Source of the DNA: a virus | Lineage: Duplodnaviria; Caudoviricetes | IMG/VR virus record: IMGVR_UViG_3300033979_000663 | Location: 13,749 to 77,748 of that record | Reading direction: 5' to 3' (one strand) | Length of the DNA: 64,000 bases | Shown: positions 59,546 through 64,000 of the stretch, piece after piece | Numbering within the stretch: position 1 is the first letter of the stretch | Layout of the letters: each line of letters opens with the position of its first letter | The notes under the pieces: generated by a model | What the model was told of the DNA's origin: nothing | The model's input: the letters and a program-made list of their open reading frames with translations, nothing else | Database searches by the model: none | Translations under genes and position numbers: made by a program

Positions 59546-59793
59546 GCAGAAAACAGGAGAGCATCACACTCTCCCTTTCACTGGAACACAAAGCCAAACT
59601 TGAACAAAAAGCCTTAGAGTTTGGCTGTTTATGGGGCGATCGCCCTAACATTTCATCGCTACTAAAAGCGATCGCAGATGGTGAACTACTGCTTTCAAAA
59701 GCAGACAAACCCGCAAAGCAAAAGCGGGCATTAATCAAGAATGCGATCGCCAGCATTCAAGACGCACTCACAATTTTACTGGAGTTAATTTAA
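59542..59793 (+). CDS. Stand-alone RHH protein resembling the N-terminus of cyanobacterial CRISPR-associated WYL regulators
   Basis: MSRKQESITLSL...LEQKALEFG.LWGDRPNIS.LL.AIA. Confidence 0.7.
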   Translation: MSRKQESITLSLSLEHKAKLEQKALEFGCLWGDRPNISSLLKAIADGELLLSKADKPAKQKRALIKNAIASIQDALTILLELI

Positions 59794-59794
59794 A

Positions 59795-60061
59795 ATGATT
59801 GAAAATTTAAGAACGCTTGATCATACATACAGCGAACCCAATGTATTGACAAATTTAAACCGGTCAATAGACCGCGATAATTTAACTTATCAATTCTTTG
59901 ATAGTTACTCTGAAGATGTCAAGAGACTAATAAGTGACAGTCAAGGATATTACATAGATTGTCCTTACTTCAATTCACAAGAAGAACAAGAGAAATTTGA
60001 AAATGACTGGATTATTATTTCTCGTTCAGAAGGACAGGTTAGATTAAGTAAAAAGAATTAG
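59795..60061 (+). CDS. Hypothetical protein
   Basis: GGAG RBS; operonic. Confidence 0.55.
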   Translation: MIENLRTLDHTYSEPNVLTNLNRSIDRDNLTYQFFDSYSEDVKRLISDSQGYYIDCPYFNSQEEQEKFENDWIIISRSEGQVRLSKKN

Positions 60062-60150
60062 CGATCGCCACAACCAGCCCTCGCTTTCCTTTCCCCTTCA
60101 CCAAATACCAAGCGATCGCACTAGCAATAAATAGGCGATCGCTTAATTAT

Positions 60151-60564
60151 TTATTTTTTCTTCTGATAAGCTTGTCTCTCTGGCGCGTGATTTTTGTGGA
60201 CTTCGCAATATGGATAAATTGCGTCGCTTCTTAAATTAGAATTGCACACAAGGCAGTTCATACTAGCTGCTATTTCACTAGCTATGGGCGTATCCGGATC
60301 AAATGATGTTGTGACAATAGCTATAGGTTTACCCGCTTCTTTAATGGCTTGCCATTTACATCTATTCCTGTAGTGGCTAACTATGGGTGCTGCTAACCAG
60401 TAGGGTATTCTCCCACAGGATATAATTAGTCCCTTTGTTCCATTAATTTCCGGGAATGTCATCTGTAGTAAGTCTAGTCTATCTGCTTTTCCCCTGACTT
60501 GAATAAATATCCAAGTCTCCAAGTCTTTTTCTACGGTGGTAATTTTTGTAGTCATAATCAACAT
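60151..60564 (-). CDS. Divergent Csx3-like domain fused to a zinc finger
   Basis: FPEINGTKGLIISCGRIPYWLAAPIVSHY...KWQA...AIV resembles Csx3 G(V/I)(V/I)(I/L)SGR.P.WL...L.H. Confidence 0.55.
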   Translation of the reverse strand: MLIMTTKITTVEKDLETWIFIQVRGKADRLDLLQMTFPEINGTKGLIISCGRIPYWLAAPIVSHYRNRCKWQAIKEAGKPIAIVTTSFDPDTPIASEIAASMNCLVCNSNLRSDAIYPYCEVHKNHAPERQAYQKKK

Positions 60565-60667
60565 TTTAGCTAATTTTAAAGTAATTATAGTAGGATGCTT
60601 GACAACTTACTATAATCTTTGCTATTGTAGTTTACATAAGAAAAAGCCAGCCAAGGAGCTACTACGT

Positions 60668-60970
60668 ATGTCCACTTACAATATTGACTTAGTTGATGGC
60701 ATTGTAAAAGTTGGCTTTGGTGAGCCAGCGCAAAATGACCAAATCGTTAAAGATGCAAAAGCCCTAGCTGATGCCTTAGTATCTTCCGGCGAATTAAATG
60801 GTCAATTGGTTAAGATTAGCGGACCCGCTTCTCTTCCTGTTGCTTTTGTTTTAGCTAAATCTTTTTCTGCGGTTGCTGCGGCGATCGCTTGCTATGATCC
60901 CAAATTGCAAAAATATGTGGTTGCTATCAGCCACAATCCTAAATATCAAATTGGTGATTTAGTTGATTAA
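60668..60970 (+). CDS. Csx3/Crn3-family (CRISPR ring nuclease-like) protein
   Basis: KVGFGEPAQNDQIVKDA...KISGPASLPVAFVLA...YDPKL..YVVAISHNP.Y.IGD; AAGGAG RBS. Confidence 0.75.
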   Translation: MSTYNIDLVDGIVKVGFGEPAQNDQIVKDAKALADALVSSGELNGQLVKISGPASLPVAFVLAKSFSAVAAAIACYDPKLQKYVVAISHNPKYQIGDLVD

Positions 60971-61035
60971 TTAGTTAAAAGCGATTTGATTTGCTCGTTG
61001 CAAAATATCAAGTCGCTTTTTTTTATGAGGATTTT

Positions 61036-61482
61036 ATGCAACAAAAATGCTTAGAAAAATGGAATAGCAATTTATTTTGGGAGTTAGTTGATCCTCCTAA
61101 AATAAATATCCCCAGCCATCTTGGTTGGGTTGAATATGAGGAATACATGAAAGCCATTCTGGTTAATTGTGTTCCTGGAGAACTCGGTAGATTATTGGTA
61201 GACTTCCCTGCTAACTCTACTGAAGATAATAAACTACACACGCATCCAGCAAGCGATCGCTGTGTAACAGTCATCAAAGGTAGTGGAGATTTTATCTGCT
61301 ATCGTGACAAAAAAGTTCAAACTTTTCCTTTAGTTCCTGGCGTTCGTGTCTGGATGCCCAGGGGGATTTTACACACTTTTAAGAGTGGAAATGAAGGGTT
61401 GTTAGTTGAGAGCCTACACAATCCCTTTATTCCACTAGATCATCCCAAATGCTTGATTTATCCAAAGTTAGCAATTGAGTAA
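61036..61482 (+). CDS. Cupin-domain protein
   Basis: LHTHP...VIKGSG...PG..VWMPRGILHTF. Confidence 0.75.
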   Translation: MQQKCLEKWNSNLFWELVDPPKINIPSHLGWVEYEEYMKAILVNCVPGELGRLLVDFPANSTEDNKLHTHPASDRCVTVIKGSGDFICYRDKKVQTFPLVPGVRVWMPRGILHTFKSGNEGLLVESLHNPFIPLDHPKCLIYPKLAIE

Positions 61483-61786
61483 TTTAATTATGCGTCAAGA
61501 GTGGCTAGGTTTGTTAAGAGATTTGCCAGTCTCTATAAATAATTTGGCTGATCCTAGTATTCTGCGGCTTTCCACAGAGGCAAAGCTAAACCAGTTGGTG
61601 AGCGATCGCCATACTGGGCCAGTTGCCATCATCAAATCAGGCTTACTTCGTGCGCCCGTTATCCCTCATAATTTTAATTTAAAATCTGTCAGTCTCCTAC
61701 AAAGACGTACTAGATATTTGGGATGTTTAAAATCCTGGTTGAACTTGTTACATAACCAAGGAATTACAGGAAATTTCATGCTATGA
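61475..61786 (+). pseudogene. Possibly truncated gene
   Basis: Coupled start and plausible N-terminus (SINNLADP...TGPVAII), then the sequence appears to lose coding character. Confidence 0.3.
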
Positions 61787-61803
61787 GAGATGGAATGTAT
61801 TTT

Positions 61804-62589
61804 CTAATTAAATAGTTTTATTATGCCTCTAATCAATTGAAAATGCGGGATATTATCAAGTCTAAGTTGATTTTGCAAAACCTCCTTGCCAACAATACCA
61901 CCACAAGTTAATAGGCATACTGCTGATGATTGAGCAAGGATTTTATCCGTTGATAGCAGAAATGAACCGATTGTTTCAAGTAAATGGTGGTTATTAATTT
62001 GAGTTTCTGTATCAGCTAAAACTGACACAATTTTATGTCTAGCTGGTGATGACATATTCTGAAGTTCAATAGCTAGGCTTGCTTGATATTCATCGGATTC
62101 GTCTGCTAACCAGTCAACTATTGTTTCTGCAATTTCATAAAGAGCATCTTCATCTTCTAGCCCTGCGCGTAACTGATTAAGAAATTCCTTAATGTGAATA
62201 GGAAAATCATTTAATCCTATGAGACTCAATTGAGGCGCTGTTACTGTAGAATTTAAAAAAACTTCATTCCCAGGTCTTTGCAATGGTGTGTCAGGGCTTA
62301 ATAGAATAGTAGCTTGCCCACTGAGTAACTTAAATAAAGTTTCTTGGTCAATTAAAAGTTTTTCACTATTATGTTTAATATAATCTCTCAATAGATCCAA
62401 ATTTACAGATGATGATCGAGTATTTGTTGGTACGTCAGTATTAACATTGGTAAATACACTTCCTATGGTTTCATCTTGCCTAACCTTCAATTGGTTCTGG
62501 TTGTAAGCATTGATGTAATTCCTGGGTAATACACCACTGGAAAAAGTTTCTGGCTTCTTGATTAAATTTGTTGAGGTTTCCATTAACAT
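61804..62589 (-). CDS. Hypothetical protein with helical-repeat-like C-terminus
   Basis: Overlaps and follows the TIGR04255-like gene; start uncertain. Confidence 0.5.
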   Translation of the reverse strand: MLMETSTNLIKKPETFSSGVLPRNYINAYNQNQLKVRQDETIGSVFTNVNTDVPTNTRSSSVNLDLLRDYIKHNSEKLLIDQETLFKLLSGQATILLSPDTPLQRPGNEVFLNSTVTAPQLSLIGLNDFPIHIKEFLNQLRAGLEDEDALYEIAETIVDWLADESDEYQASLAIELQNMSSPARHKIVSVLADTETQINNHHLLETIGSFLLSTDKILAQSSAVCLLTCGGIVGKEVLQNQLRLDNIPHFQLIRGIIKLFN

Positions 62590-63265
62590 CTTTTATCTCC
62601 GTTATATTTTCAGTGTGAAAATCAGCATCTATAAAATAACCCAGTTCAGTAGATTCTTTTTTCCGTGCAAGTCCATACCGAACACTCATTATTGCATCTG
62701 CATAACCCAGACGGCACATGAAAAACGAGAATGCGTCAGGAAAATTATCTTCTGGCAAGTCCTCAGCCGCAAATATACCTAACATTGGTGGTTTAAGTAG
62801 GTCTCGCCAGTGCCTATTCTCTAAACCCAGTTCAGAGCGCATAATAAAGTCCTGGTATCGCAGTCCAATTCTGGTAAAGTATGACGGTTGATAGTGTTTG
62901 ACCACTAATTCAATAGCAGTAGATAGTCGCTTACTGAAATCCTCCCAACTGGTATATTTCAAAGTAGAAAGGGCTATAAAGTCACTTGATAAAACAAGTT
63001 TCCATACTCCTTCTTTGTCAGCAAACTCGTAAGAAAAGCCTTGTCCTAACAGCAACGGAGGTGAATTAGGTTGTGGGTTGGACGATATAGACATTTCAAT
63101 GGATTGAGGTTGACTGAATAGTGGATAATCAGACCTCACCGCTTCCTGAAAGTCTACAGGAGCTTCTTTCTCAATTTTTAATATTTTTGGAAACCTAAGT
63201 TGACAAATTACTTCCACAAGAGGATTGCGGGAATATCTAACGCGAGGAGATTCAGGAAATTTCAT
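62480..63265 (-). CDS. TIGR04255-family protein
   Basis: Y.RNPLVEVICQLRFP.IL...FQE...YP...Y.SWEDF...RIGLRY.D...IDAD. Confidence 0.75.
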   Translation of the reverse strand: MKFPESPRVRYSRNPLVEVICQLRFPKILKIEKEAPVDFQEAVRSDYPLFSQPQSIEMSISSNPQPNSPPLLLGQGFSYEFADKEGVWKLVLSSDFIALSTLKYTSWEDFSKRLSTAIELVVKHYQPSYFTRIGLRYQDFIMRSELGLENRHWRDLLKPPMLGIFAAEDLPEDNFPDAFSFFMCRLGYADAIMSVRYGLARKKESTELGYFIDADFHTENITEIKDVNGNLNKFNQEARNFFQWCITQELHQCLQPEPIEG

Positions 63266-63575
63266 AGACTTGTTTAACTTAGCTAATCGGCAACCAAATT
63301 AAGGTTCTGTTTAAGACATAGATAAAGGTATACCTAAAAAACTCAGGTTGAAGTAAATAATAAAACTCTGTATAGAGATTTATAGAAATTTTGAGTTTGG
63401 TTAACCCAAAATTAACCTTCTCACTTTTATATGATTTTAATTCTAAAACACTATATATTTCCTGTCTTCCGCACTCCTAAATAGACATTTTACAATCTCT
63501 TTACACAAAAAATTGATAGTCAAGTTATGATTTCAGTATTATGACCATGAATCAGTAGTATAGCTTATCACGAGC

Positions 63576-63790
63576 ATGAGTGCCGAATATTCCGAAGATA
63601 TCCTAGTTCAACAAACCACAGCAGACTTCTTTGAACATACCCTGAAATGGCATTGCGTTTACGCCTATAATCAGGAAACCTTCGGTATTGACGGTACACT
63701 GGGACGCAAAGACAAAAAAGAAATAGTCCTCAAACGCTATCTCCGGGAAGCACTAGCAAAAATAAACCCTGGTCATCCCCAGCAAGTATT
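63576..63790 (+). pseudogene. hsdR: N-terminal fragment of a type I restriction subunit R
   Basis: YSEDILVQQ...ETFG..GTLGR....IVL.RYLREAL.KINP, then similarity is lost. Confidence 0.65.
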
Positions 63791-64000
63791 ACGACTACTA
63801 AGGCATCTTCAGCAGTCAAACTACGAATGCGGTCTTTCATTTGCCGTGCCGCAGCAATTGTTGGAACTCTTATATAAGTAGCGCACTCAGGAAGTCCCTT
63901 GGCTCGGTCTAGTTTCATCCGACCATGCGCCCACAAAATTGCTTTTTCAACCCAACCGCCTTGAACATCAATGGCTGTATTTAAAGAATCAGTTAACTGT
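63730..64000 (-). CDS. 3' part of an unidentified gene entering from beyond the window
   Basis: Frame is open from the window end (QLTDSLNTAIDVQGGWVEKAILWAHG...) and runs into the hsdR fragment. Confidence 0.4.
   Translation of the reverse strand, partial: QLTDSLNTAIDVQGGWVEKAILWAHGRMKLDRAKGLPECATYIRVPTIAAARQMKDRIRSLTAEDALVVVILAGDDQGLFLLVLPGDSV

Larger units (their letters stand above)
58591..60276. repeat. About 166-bp near-identical direct repeats (58591-58756 and 60111-60276)
   Basis: Both encode the same C-terminal zinc finger, stop codon and downstream HIP1 hairpin; offset 1520 bp. Confidence 0.9.

Noticed and set aside
1-61610. Very frequent GCGATCGC as a novel repeat
   Set aside because: This is the known cyanobacterial HIP1 octamer; it is useful only as a host indicator.
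63790-64000. Insertion sequence interrupting hsdR
   Set aside because: No terminal repeat or transposase motif recognised in the visible part.

Overview
The window is almost entirely a large temperate cyanophage or phage-plasmid. Dense HIP1 (GCGATCGC) sites and host-like tmk, ssb, FHA and SigF-type genes point to a filamentous, probably Nostocales, host. Virion and packaging genes are scattered on both strands: tape measure at 50-5833, Mu-type terminase large subunit, probable small terminase, portal and tail-like proteins. There is a minus-strand FtsK/SpoIIIE membrane operon (about 20.2-28.9 kb) and a long plus-strand early operon (about 36-55.4 kb). Signals the ORF track misses: (1) three type I hammerhead ribozymes, two in an exact 152-bp duplication, next to a tRNA-like RNA and a repeated small pseudoknot; (2) three candidate programmed -1 frameshifts, two appending a C..C..YCxxH zinc finger that two other genes carry in frame; (3) a DarB-like methylase/helicase split into three genes; (4) about 20 copies of a 17-bp palindrome and several repeated intergenic hairpins; (5) two Csx3-like ring-nuclease homologues and a stand-alone WYL-regulator-type RHH protein, a possible anti-CRISPR module. 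The last ~2.5 kb looks like non-phage or rearranged DNA. No integrase or major capsid gene was recognised. All protein family calls come from motif recognition by eye, not database searches.
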